Source: Octopus sinensis
Taxonomy: Eukaryota
Assembly: GCF_006345805.1 (NCBI RefSeq)
Contig: NC_043016.1
Span: forward strand, 1,116,001 to 1,180,000
Direction of reading: 5' to 3'
Length of the DNA: 64,000 nucleotides
Below are positions 1-12,760 of this stretch, in pieces. The position numbers were made by a program, and so were the translations under genes. The number at the start of each line of letters is the position of its first letter. The stretch's first letter is position 1. The notes beneath the pieces are model-generated. The model saw only the letters and a program-made list of their open reading frames with translations, had not been told where the DNA came from and made no database searches.

Positions 1-690
1 GATACAAAGTCTCAGCATTATCAATAAGCAGGAAGGCGGATTCTAAGGATCAGTGGAACATCTGGTATATATATTTGCTGTATTATTATAGATTCCATTA
101 CGTTCGAAGTTAAAATCCCACCGAAGGTAGCCTTATAATCCATTCTTCGAAGGGATCGACTGCATAACACACAATAATCTCTTCACTCCGAAATTTGAGA
201 GAATGTGCCTATGTTAGATATACTCGTTTGCACTACATGTCACTCTTTTGATTTGTTAGTTCCAAATTCTATACAATAATGGTAGTTATTCTCTATCCAC
301 CTCTCGCTCTCTTTCACTCATTCTTTCTCCTAACCTTTTTGGAATTATTAAATTATTACAATAGTTGATACGTGGTTCCTGAAGATATTCCAAGTAGGAT
401 CAAGCCAAATCAGATTAGATTAGATTAGGCTTTCTGTTTTTGTTCTTGGAGAAATATATGTATATATCTCTATCTAACACACACACACACACATACACAC
501 ACACACACGCACACACACACGCACGCACACACGCACACACACGCGGGCATTTTCGCACTCACCTGTCCACCAAAAAAACCCTTTTCTCATTCTCTTTCCC
601 CTCCCGGTCACTTAAACAATATAACTACACACGTGATGTTGATGATCCCCCCCCACTTCTTTGGACTTATCCCTTTTCCCCTTTTCCTTT

Positions 691-720
691 CTGATGAAGA
701 GCTATGTTTGAAACGTGAAA
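691..720 (+). ncRNA. Degenerate minimal hammerhead-ribozyme-like core, probable Penelope-like element LTR remnant
   Basis: CTGATGA-agagctatgttt-GAAACGT. Stem II is imperfect and the cleavage-site base is G rather than H. Confidence 0.35.
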
Positions 721-775
721 AACTCTTTTTACTGTTTGTTATGATTATTTTTAATGCTCGTTAATTCTATTTGGC

Positions 776-776
<1 letters not shown>

Positions 777-859
<83 letters not shown>

Positions 860-870
860 CCTATCTATCA

Positions 871-905
<35 letters not shown>
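777..905 (+). repeat. (TATC)n microsatellite, left boundary of array 1
   Basis: Pure TATC tandem repeat. Confidence 0.97.
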
Positions 906-907
<2 letters not shown>

Positions 908-1102
908 GATCAATTTTTTTTTCCTCTCCACCTTTTTTTTTTTTTTAACCCCCCCCCTTTTTTTTGTCCTCTTTCTCTCCTTTTACGATCCCTTTTGATC
1001 GAAACTCCCCCTTCCTTTTTTTTTTAAAAACCTTCAAAAGAAAAGCTCTACCTTGTAATTTGTTCTATCTGTGTGCAGCCCTGTGTGGCTAATAAAGAAA
1101 CA
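906..1102 (+). mobile_element. ~200-bp 3' stub of the Tx1-like LINE (3' UTR only)
   Basis: Has CGATCCCTTTTGATCG and ends cagccctgtgtggctaataaagaaaca|TATC like the long copies. TATC on both sides. Confidence 0.9.
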
Positions 1103-1134
1103 TATCTATCTATCTATCTATCTATCTATGTCTG

Positions 1135-1195
<61 letters not shown>

Positions 1196-1199
1196 ATAC

Positions 1200-1272
<73 letters not shown>
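1103..1272 (+). repeat. (TATC)n spacer
   Basis: TATC tandem repeat. Confidence 0.97.
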
Positions 1273-4200
1273 AAGCACCAACACCACAAAAACAATGCTA
1301 TCAGCGATAGACACCAAAGACTCCAAACTAATGGAGTACATCACAGGATACACAAACATTTGTGAAGATGACTTTAAAAATAGCAATCATCTACGCACTA
1401 CACCACCCAAACACATCAAAATACTACACATCACACAAACACAACACCACAAACTCAAAGCCCTCTTCCCAAATGCTGTAGGGGGTTTCCAGAAATATCT
1501 GTCCCAAAAACTGTATAAAAACCTCCTCGAAGACACAACAAAGAACGAGGAAGCCAAAACTTTCGACACAAGTAAGTAACGCTCTGTACTTTCATTTTTG
1601 TGTTTTAAAGCACACACCCCAATAGAATCATGGTCAAGATTGGTTGTGTGAATGCGCGTGGCTTGGGGTCTCCTTGGAAACAAGGATACCTCCTAAATGA
1701 CATCAAGTCACATGATTTGGGAATTATAGCCATAAGTGAGACCAGACTCCACGAGCCACGGGCCCTAAAGTCCATGTTTGGCGGACAGTTTAACATTTAT
1801 TTCGCTCCCTGTCTGCCGAGGATGGGCGGTAGTGGCACCGCGGTACTTTTTCACAAGAGCCTGGATCTCGAAGTCAAGACGATATTCGTAGACCCGGAGG
1901 GTAGACTGATCGTTCTGGATGTTGATGGCAGCAATGGGTGCGCTTTTCGACTCGTATCAGTCTACGCACCGCCCTTAACAGGTCGGGCGGATTTCTTTCG
2001 ACGTCTAGAAGTATTCTTGGTAACGTCTCGTCCTTTACTCTTAGTGGGAGATTGGAATGCTACCTTGGACACGCATGTAGACTACGTGGGTAGAGACAGA
2101 AACAGAAGGGGGTGCAAATGCCTCAGAGACCTGCTCAGACGATTCCAACTGTCTGACAGGTACCGACTCGACCACCCAAATGCACCAACGTGGACATGGA
2201 GCAACCACAGTGGGTCGTCGAGATCGTATCTAGATAGGATACTGTGTAGGACAGTAGACAAGGATAACTTAGGATGTCCACAATTCCACACAGTCAGCTA
2301 CATGGATCACAAATTGGTGACGTGTACGCTAGACATAGATAAGGCACATAGACAGGGTCCTGGGTACTGGAAACTGAACGCATCATTCCCGTCCAGACAA
2401 GTTTTCAGAGACCGGATTAGCACACTAGTAAAGAGGGCTTTGACGGGAGCCATCATCAACAACAAATGGTGGTTTGCCCTCAAGAGAGCAGTAAAAGCAG
2501 AAGCGATTAGGTACAGCAAAGCACTAGCCATAGATAGAAATAGAGTAGAGGGTGAGCTAGTTAAGAAGCTAGAAGAGGCAATTAGAAGCGGCATCGCATC
2601 CGACGTTTTGGCGGCGAGGTTGGTCCTCGACCAACACTTCAACGCCAAACACGAAGGATGTGCTGTCAGAGCTAGGATGCGTGCTCTAAGGAAGGAAGGT
2701 GTTGGAGCCGGGTGGCAGAGGCGCAACAGGGCAACAAAGTCACCATTCGGTCACTGGTAGATGAACAGGGGCGCGAATTGCTCGAGCCAAGTAAAAAGTG
2801 TGAGGCCTTTCAGCAGCATTTTGCCCGACTGTTCGGGACGAGTGGAGGGCAAGAACGTAGGGTGGACTTCAGTGCCTACCTACATAGCCTGCCACGACTC
2901 TCGACAAGAAAGGCAGGGTGCTGCGAAGGTGCCATCACGGCGGCGGAAGTGCAGGAAGCGATAGCAGAATGCTCGAGGGACAAATCACCGGGTTTGGATG
3001 GTCTACCCTACGAGTTTTACAATTGTATGCCAGACTTGTTTGGAGACGTCTTGGCAGCGGTATACTGCAACTGGCAGCAAAACGGGAGCATACCCGGTTT
3101 TGTGAGTCGAGGAGCTGTAACTCTGCTGAAGAAAGATCCAAACAAGGGAAACATTATAGATAACTTTAGACCAATCACTCTGCTCAATGCAGACCTGAAA
3201 ATTTGACAAAGGTGTTAGCCAAGAGGTTGGCGCTTGTCATCGAGAAACTGGTCGACAACGCACAAACGTGCGCCGTGCCGGGCCGGAGCATCCATGACAA
3301 CCTCCATCTGATGCGCTACATCATAGACAGGGTAGTTAACGAACCTGGTATGGGTGGGGCCCTAATCAACTTGGATCAATCGAAAGCCTTTGATAGGGTA
3401 GACCATCGATACTTGGAGGCAGTCCTGAGAGCGGCTGGTTTCGGTCCCGTCTTCCGCGGCTGGATAGCTGCCTTGTACAGAGGCATCCGTTCGGTAATTC
3501 GCGTAAATGGACATCTATCGAGACTTTCGACATTGCACGTTCGGTCCGTCAGGGATGCCCCCTCTCGGCGCTTCTATACGTATTGACTCTTGAGCCACTA
3601 CTGCGGAAGCTGGCGACTCTAAGGGGCATCCCGCGAGAATTGGGATGCGGGACGAGCGTGTCTGCATACGCGGACGACGTCACCGTCATAGTGTCAAGCC
3701 ACGAGCACATCGAGCGGGTCGGCGAGACACTGAAAGACTACGAAGCGGTGACAGGAGCAAAAATCAACCGGGGAAAGTCAGTGGGCTTGCGGCTCGGCAC
3801 CTGGAGAAGCAAGCCCATGCCGTCCACCAGTACCTCCGTCGTGGGACGCTGGACAGACGGCCCGGTTGAGTTGCTCGGGGTCTGGTTCGGTCCGGACCTC
3901 CAAATGGAGAAGAACTGGAACGAGATAACGAGTAGGGTGGTCACTCTCGCCCAGCAATGGGCCGAGAGGAAACTGTCCCTAAAAGGTCGGGCGGAGGTAG
4001 TGAACGCGTACATCGCGTCCATCATCTACTACCGCCTGACCGTCGTACCTTGTCCCGACCCTACCATCACCAAACTAGAACGCATCCTCTCCCGCTTCTT
4101 GTGGAAAGCATGCGTCCCGATGGTCAGGCGATCCATTTGCTGTCAACACCCGTTAAAAGGAGGGCTGGGCATGCCGTGGTTGATGATGCGCAGACACGCG

Positions 4201-5417
4201 CTGAGACTGCGACATCTCCGGCTCTATGTAGACGACGGTGAACAGGTGTGGTCGCCGTTTGTGAGGCACGCTTTCTCGCAACTCGTCTCCATGACCGAAC
4301 TACAGTCGTGGATCAAAAAGAGGCCGAGGAAGGGCGAATGGCACCGCGAGTGTCGCGTTGCTCTCAAGCAACTCTGCCGTCCCGGGTCGACATTGAGTGA
4401 CTTCAACACAACCAAAGCATTCTATAGGGGATTAGTGGAGGGGAGGTACGACGACAAGCTCGGGGCAAACCTGGGCGTCGACGAGGAATACCTGACCCGC
4501 CTGTTTCAAACGACTTTCGGCCCGGGACCTATGGACAACTTCCAGAGATCCCTGGCCTGGCGGTGCTACCGAGAAGCGCTACCCGTTCGGGATAAGCTCT
4601 GTAGGCATGGCTCGAGAAACACGGGGCCGACCTGCCCGAGATGCGGGCAGAGCGACGAAACCGCTCTGCACGCTCTCGTGCAGTGTCCAGCAATTTCCGA
4701 CCTGTGGGCTTATGTCGAACGACTGCTGTCACGTGTGGGACGAGTCGGTTTATCAGCCGAGTCTATCGTTAATATCGTCACGCCTCCTTCCTTCAAACGG
4801 GAAAGAAGAGCTATTTTTATCATACTTGTGGCTATGGCGAAAGAATGTATCTGGTGGACGCGTCTGAAAGGATTAGAGACAAACACTTTCCTCTCTGGTC
4901 AATCTCTCATCAACTTCTTCAAGTATCACTTGAAGAAAAAAGTGAGAGTAGAGAGGCAAGTTTTGTCTAGTGAATGTTTTAAAAAAAGATGGGTGAATGT
5001 AGCAAGGATGGCACGTATGAATGACGACGCCACCTTGACTACGATTCTATGAACCGTAAAAATTAATACAGAGAGTTGCTTATTTGCAAAAAAAGAAAGA
5101 AAGAAACATAACATGTGACTTCATTGACCGAGGTTACCGTGGTCTTTTCCGTAGGCTTTCTTTCCACGGGTAAACCTCACCTGTCCTCCCCTTTACACTT
5201 CATATTGACATTTCTGTGATAACGATCCCTATTATCATTTTTTGCTCTCCCCACCTCCCCCCTTTTTTTAACCCCTCCCTTTTTTTGTCCTCTTTCTTTC
5301 CTTTACGATCCCTTTTGATCGAAAACCACCTCTCCTTTTTTTTACCCCCAAAAGAAAAGCTCTACCTTGTAATTTGTTCAATCTGTGTGCAGCCCTTGTG
5401 TGGCTAATAAAGAAACA
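1273..5417 (+). mobile_element. Tx1/L1-clade LINE copy A, 5'-truncated within ORF1
   Basis: ORF1 C-terminus (1273-1579), ORF2 (1630-5052), 3' UTR ending AATAAAGAAACA|TATC. Confidence 0.93.
1630..5052 (+). pseudogene. ORF2 of copy A (APE endonuclease, RT, C-terminal zinc finger), about 3 frameshifts
   Basis: APE motifs CVNARGL, IAISETR, VYAP, VGDWNA, SYLDRI, DHK. RT motifs KSPGLDG, FRPITLLN, DQSKAFDRVDH, AYADDVT. Zinc finger CPRCGQSDETALHALVQC. Confidence 0.92.
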
Positions 5418-5444
5418 TATCTATCTATCTATCTATCTATCTAC

Positions 5445-5491
<47 letters not shown>

Positions 5492-5516
5492 CTATCTATA
5501 TTATCTGTCTATCTGT

Positions 5517-5564
<48 letters not shown>

Positions 5565-5598
5565 TTATCTATCTATCTATCAATCTATCCATCCATCC

Positions 5599-5674
<76 letters not shown>

Positions 5675-5684
5675 GTCTATCTGT

Positions 5685-5732
<48 letters not shown>

Positions 5733-5780
5733 TTATCTATCTATCTATCAATCTATCCATCCATCCATCTATCTATCCAT

Positions 5781-5846
<66 letters not shown>

Positions 5847-5847
5847 C

Positions 5848-5882
<35 letters not shown>
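5418..5882 (+). repeat. (TATC)n spacer with an internal 168-bp higher-order duplication
   Basis: Variant blocks recur at 5505/5673 and 5581/5749. Confidence 0.95.
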
Positions 5883-5883
<1 letters not shown>

Positions 5884-6201
5884 CGCGTGTTGTCACCTCG
5901 GCTCCGAAGGTAATCATTTATTTTGACTATTTATAACCCATATTTTGTGTACATTTTTGTAAATAAGGTGTGTAAGGCACCCAACTTTCGTTTGAGTGCT
6001 TTTCCAAGGGAGGAATTCGCCCCTAGGGGCAGTTTCAACCCTATTTAATTTGTATAATTTTTTCTCGACATTTCGAAAATGTCGAGAAAGTTTACTGTAG
6101 AACGCTGGTCGCGTTCCTTTCTTGACCAACATTCTCCTAGTCTGGAAACGCTAGGAGACGAAAAAAAGAACTCATGCACGTAAAGTGCAAACCTAAATGA
6201 C

Positions 6202-8265
6202 ATGGCAGTGAACGCTGCAACCACCACCACTAACAACAACAACAACAACAAGACTACTACTGCTACCACCACCGCCTCCACCACCACCACCACCGCCACC
6301 TCATCTACTACTCAACTACCAACAACAACAACAATAACAATGACAACAAGAATAATAACATTTGCGCCACCATTTCGACATCTGCTGCCACGGCTGTCTC
6401 TTCTGCCACTGACACCACCGCCAACAACAAAAACAACAATAGCAACAACAACAATCCCGTTCAAACCTTGTTTCCTCCAACAACAAGAACTGAAGGGAAT
6501 AAACAAAAGACTGTGACCACCAAACAAATTGACAAAAGCTGCTCGAAAACAGGGATAAACTATGCAAGTAATTTTCCACCCCTTCCTACTTGCACAATCA
6601 AACCAAATACACCGATTTTACCAACTGCAGCCAACAACAACATCACCACCAGCAACAACAATAACAAAACAACAACAAATTTCGCCGAGGCGATAAAAGA
6701 AAAAAAGACAACAGTATATTTTACTGCACAACAAATAAAAGACACGAACATTTTAATAACGGAAGTAGATGGTATAGTAAAATAAACATACCACAAGATA
6801 TATTAGAAGATGAAAAAAAAAGAACTATTTATATAAAATAATTAATAAGAAAACAAAATGTCCAGAGAAGGCTAACACAAGCAAAATCGAAAAATGCTTG
6901 AAACCCATCTGGAACTACAAAGAGTATGTGACCTGGTGGAACAAGTTCGCACACATACAAGTGGTCTTCCACACTGAAGAGTTAGCAAGACGTTTCTCAA
7001 CGCTAACTCTTCATTCAGATGAACTTCAACTAACACCAAGTTATCGTGGACAGAAAGTGACTAAGATCACTTTAAACAATGTCCCAAAAATAGCTAACAA
7101 TCTATGGCTAGCAAAGGGTTAGGGTTAGGGTTAATTTCACAATTTTAGAAACTGCGGTCACGGAGCACAAAAACTGGGTGGGAAAAAAAGTAGAATTTCT
7201 ACTACATATAAACCAAGAGGACATAAAGAAAATACCCACCCAGATATGTGTATCAAAAGACCACAAGTTGTATGTGGTCGTCGATGGCAGAAGACCACGT
7301 TGCTACATATGCGGCAGTGAGCAACACCTAAAAAATGATTGCAAATCTGCCGCAAGAAAACAACAGCAACAACAACAGCAGCCGGAAAAAACAAATAAAC
7401 CAGCTTTAATACCCACACCACGTTTTGCACGAACAGGACTAATCACAGAAAATAAAAAAAAAACAAACCTCACCAACCAAACAACCACACCAACTGCACC
7501 AAGAACAGAAGCAACACCAACAACAACAACAACCAAGAATAAACCAACTCCCAAACCAAGGACATCTGCCAAAAGGCACTCATCGAAAATGAAGAAACAA
7601 TTACTACTCCAAATCCCACCAAATTGACACCCCAACAACACAACAACACCTACAATCACTCAAACACAAAATACCCACACCCACCTCCAAAACTGCATAC
7701 ACCACAACCTAACGCTCACCAACCAACACCAACAACAAAATCAACACAGTCTACAATAGACCCCAATATTTTCCCTCTCCCAAGCTCTGATTCCTCTGAT
7801 TTGTCATTAGACGAAGAAGACACAGAAGATTGGCAAATAGCCACAGGGGGGAGAAGAAAAAGAGAAAAAAAAGAAAAGAAAAGATAACAAACAAAGCAGG
7901 AAGATTCACCACTCCCGAAACAAAAACATCCACAGAAAACAAACACATCAACACAAACACACCATCATCAAACCCCCCAACAATGTTGACAGCCATAAAC
8001 ACAGACAACCACGACCTAATGGAACACATTAGGTCAAACACCAACATAACTGAAAACGACATAAAAAGAAGTAACCACCCACGCACAACACCACCACAAC
8101 ACATTAAAATAATACACGTACACACAGAACACATACAGCACCCTGAAATCTCTTACCCTGATGCAGTAGGGAGATTTCAAAAGTATTCATCAAAGAAACA
8201 CTATACAAAAACCTCATGGAAAAGACTGTGAGGTGAAAAACAAAGGACTTTCGAACAACAAGTAA
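6202..8265 (+). pseudogene. ORF1 of copy B (gag-like CCHC knuckle), frameshifted
   Basis: Poly-T/N N-terminus, CYICGSEQHLKNDC (CX2CX4HX4C), acidic/basic motif, conserved C-terminal domain. Confidence 0.85.
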
Positions 8266-8334
8266 CCTATTCTCTCTCTCTTTCCTTTTTTGTACTTTCT
8301 TTTCGTGTGTAAAACACCATTTTTTTATCGGAAC

Positions 8335-11300
8335 ATGCTCAGAATAGGCAGATAAATGTACGTGGCTTGGGGTCGCCTTGGAAACAAGGCTACCTGTTAA
8401 ATGACATCAAGTCACTAAATCTGAATATCATAGCCATCAGTGAGACCAGACTCCACAGCTCGCGGGCACTCCAGCACAGTTTCGGTACACATTTCAACAT
8501 TTATTTTTTCTCGTGTCTACCGAGAATGGGCGGAGGTGGTACCGCGGTGCTTCTCCGGAAGAGTCTGGATCTCAAAGTAAGAGCAATTTCTCTAGACCCG
8601 GAGGGTAGGCTGGTCGTTTTGGATGTCGATGGCAGCAATGAGTGTGCTTTTCGACTGATAGCAGTTTATGCTCCGTCCTTAACAGACCGACCAGATTTCT
8701 TTCGACGTCTAGAGTCTTTCATGGGAACGTCTCGTCCTTTACTTTTAGTGGGGGATTGGAATGCCACCCTGGACACGCATCTAGACTACGTGGGCTGAGG
8801 ATAGCAATAGAAGGGGATGCAAATGCCTCTAAGACCTGCTCAGACGTTTCCAACTGTCTGACAGTTACCGACTGGACCACCCGAATGTGCCAATGTGGAC
8901 ATGGAGTAACCGCATCGGGTCGTCCAGATCGTACTTAGATAGAGTATTCTGTAGGACAATAGATAAAAATAGCGTAGGTTGTCCACAATTTTATATAGTC
9001 AGTTACACAGATCACAAGTTTGTGACTTGTACACTTGACTTAGATAAGACACATAGGCAGGGTCCTGGTTACTGGAAACTGAACGCGTCTTTTACAGCAC
9101 GACAGGTTTACAGGGACCGGATCAGCACATTAGTTAAGAGAGCTTTGACGGGTACCATCATCAACAACAGATGGTGGTATGCCCTAAAAAAAGTAATTAA
9201 AGCAGAATCAGTCAGATACAGTAAAGCCCTAGCATTAGACCGAAATAGAATAGAGGGAGAATTAGTTAAGGTTTTAGAAGAGGCACTTAGAACTGGCATC
9301 GCGTCCAACGTGCTGGCGGCGAGATTGGCCCTCGACCAACACCTCAACGCCAAACACGAGGGATGTTGTCAGAGCTAGGATGCGTGCTCTGAGGAACGAA
9401 GGAGTTGGAGCCGCCCAAGAGGCCCGAGTGGTGGAGACGCAACGAGGCAACAGAGCCACCATCAAGTCTCTTATAGATGAACAGGGGCGCGAATTGCTCG
9501 AGCCTAAAAGGATGTGTGGGGCTTTTCAACAACACTTCACCCAACTGTTTGGGACCAGTGGTGGGTCAGAACGCAGAGTGGACTTTAGTGCCTACCTGCA
9601 TGCCTTGCCACGACTCTCAGCAAGAGAGGTGGAGTCTTGTGAAAGGCCTATCACAGCTGCGGACGTACAGGATGCGATGGTAAGCTGCGCGAGAGACAAG
9701 TCACCAGGCTTGGATGGTCTGCCCTACGAACTTTATTGTCATATGCCAGACTTGTTTGGAGGCGTCTTGGCAGCTGTCTACTGCAACTGGCAGCAAAACG
9801 GGAGTATTCCTGCTTTTGTAAAGCGAGAAGCAGTGGCACTGATTAAGAGAGACCCAAACAAGGGGGAGGTCATAGATAATTTTAGGCCCATCACTCTGCT
9901 CAAAGCAGATTTGAAAATTTTGGCCAAGGTGTTAGCCGAGAGGTTGGCGCTTGTCATCAAGAAACTAATCGACAAGTCGCAAACATGCGCCGTGCCATGT
10001 AGAAATATTCATGACAACCTCCATCTGATGCGCTACATCATAGACAGGGTAGTTAAGAATCCTGGCATGGGTGGGGCGCTGATCAATTTGGATCAATCAA
10101 AAGCTTTCGATAGGGTAGACCATCACTACTTGGAGGCTGTCCTTAAATCGGCTGGTTTCGGTCCAATTTTCCGCGGTTGGATCGCTGCCTTATACAGCGG
10201 CATCCGCTCAGTAGTTCGCGTAAATGGTCATCTATCCAGACCTTTTAACATCATGCGTTCGGTTCGTCAGGGATGCCCCCTCTCATCGCTGCTGTATGTA
10301 TTGACTCTTGAGCCACTACTGCGGAAACTGGCGACGCTGAGGCGCATCCCACGAGATCTGGGATGCGGGAGGAGCGTGTCTGCATACGCGGATGACGTCA
10401 CCGTCATAGTGTCGAGCTAACAGTACATCGAGCTGGTCGGCGAGACACTAAAAGAATACGAAGCGGTAACGGGAGCAAAAATTAACCGGGAAAAGTCAGT
10501 GGGCTTGCGGCTCGGCACCTGGAGAAGCAGGCCCATGCCGTCCAACAGCGTCTCCATCGTGGGACGCTGGACGGTCGGACCGGTTAAATTGCTCGGGGTC
10601 TGGTTCGGTCCGGACCTCAAAATGGAGAAGAACTGGGGCGAGATAACGACTAGGGTGGCTACTCTCACCCAGAAATGGGCTGAGAGAAAGCTATCCCTAA
10701 AAGGTCGGGCGGAGGTGGCGAACGCGTACATCGCATCCGTCATCGAGTATCGTCTGACCGTCGTGCCTTGTCCCGACCCTACCATCACCAAACTGGAACG
10801 TATACTCTTCCGCTTCCTGTGGAAGGGAAACGTTCCGATGGTTAAGCGATCCATTTGATGATGCGCAGACATGCGCTGAGACTGCGACATCTCCGGCGCT
10901 TTTTGTGGTCGCCTTTTGTGGTCGCCTTTTGTGCGGCGCGCTTTCCCGCAGCTCGTCTCCTTGGACGAACTACAGTCATGGATCAAGCAGAGACCGAGGC
11001 TAGGCGAATGGCACCGCGAGTGTCGCGTTGCTCTCAAGCAACTCTGCCGTCCGGGATCGAACTTGTGCGACTCCACACAACAAAGGCATTCTATAGAGGA
11101 TTAATGGAGGGGAGGTGCGACGACGAATTCGGGCAGAGTCTGGGCGTCGACGAAGAACACCTGACCCGCCTTTTCAGGGCAGCTTTCGGGCCGGGACCTA
11201 TGAACAATCACCAAAGATCCATGGCCTGGCAGTGCTATCGAGAAGCGTTACCTGTTCGGGATAAGCTCTACAGACACGGTTCCAGACACACTGGACCGAC

Positions 11301-11721
11301 TTGCCCGAGATGCGGTCAGAGCGATGAAACCGTTCTGCACGCACTCGTGCAATGTCCAACCATTTCAGACCTGTGGGCTTATGCCGAACGGCTGCTGTCA
11401 TGTGTCGGATGAATCCGCCTATCGGCCGAGTCTATCGTGAGAATTACTCCGCCCCCTTCCTTCAACCGGGAAGGCAAGGCAGTTTTCATCGTACTGGTGG
11501 CCATGGTGAAAGAATGTGTGTGGTGGACCCGAGCGAAAGGATTAGAGACAATCACTTACCTCTCTGGCCAATCGCTCATCAACTTTTTCAAGTACCACTT
11601 GAAAAGGAAGGTGAGAATGGAGAGGGAAGTTTTGTCTCGCGAAAGATTAAAAAAAAGATGGGTGAATGTTGCAAAGATGGTGCGTGCGAGTGACGAAACC
11701 ATTTTGAGCATGATCCTGTAG
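8335..11721 (+). pseudogene. ORF2 of copy B, disrupted
   Basis: APE, RT (SVRQGCPLS, AYADDVT) and CPRC...H...C motifs spread over several frames, with internal stops and deletions. Confidence 0.9.
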
Positions 11722-12017
11722 ATCGTAAAAAAGAAAGAGAGAGAGCATTTTGCTCTCATGTGGTTATTTCCACCCTGACTGAGGTTCCCGTGGTCTTGTC
11801 TGTAGGCTTTTCTTCCCACGGATGAACCCAATCTTGTTTTATCAATGTTTTATCATTATTTCTGTGATACACGATTTCTTTTTTTTTTTCCTCCTCTCGA
11901 TCCCTTTTGATCGCAATCTTACATTTATTTTCTTTTTTTTTCCACCCTCGAAAAGAAAAGCTCTACATTTGTTTTTGTCCCCTTTGTATTCAGCCCTGTG
12001 TGGCTAATAAAAGAAAG

Positions 12018-12402
<385 letters not shown>

Positions 12403-12620
12403 GACATGGACGGACGCTAGTCAATTGGGCTCCACGTAAGTTGGCCACTTTTACATGTTTAAAACTCCTTGTTGTCAAATATTTTGTTTTAATCGTTGTG
12501 CAAGTTCATTCACTAAAACACTTGAAAATTATTCACGTTGAATTCCGCCCCTATATGGGCGAAATTACCAAAAAATTTTAAACATTCGTGGGTTCCTTTT
12601 AGCCATTTTTCATTTTGAAA

Positions 12621-12728
12621 ATGGCGACTAGAAACCACGTGGCTCGCCCGCCAGTCATGCGGAACGGTAGCGAAACACTATTGCTACCACTAGCTGGTAA
12701 ACCTCGCAGCTTCAACACCGCTGTCACC

Positions 12729-12760
<32 letters not shown>

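Larger units (their letters stand above)
5883..12018 (+). mobile_element. Tx1-like LINE copy B, full length
   Basis: 5' UTR, ORF1, ORF2 and 3' UTR ending AATAAAAGAAAGT|TATC. Confidence 0.93.

Noticed and set aside
771-1310. ORFs of repeating SIYL, YI, HT or CV (here and at all TATC, TA and CA tracts)
   Set aside because: They are translations of microsatellites that lack stop codons, not genes.
6045-8134. Antisense V/L/C-rich ORFs opposite ORF1
   Set aside because: They are shadows of the ACA/ACC-rich low-complexity sense strand and are not conserved between copies.
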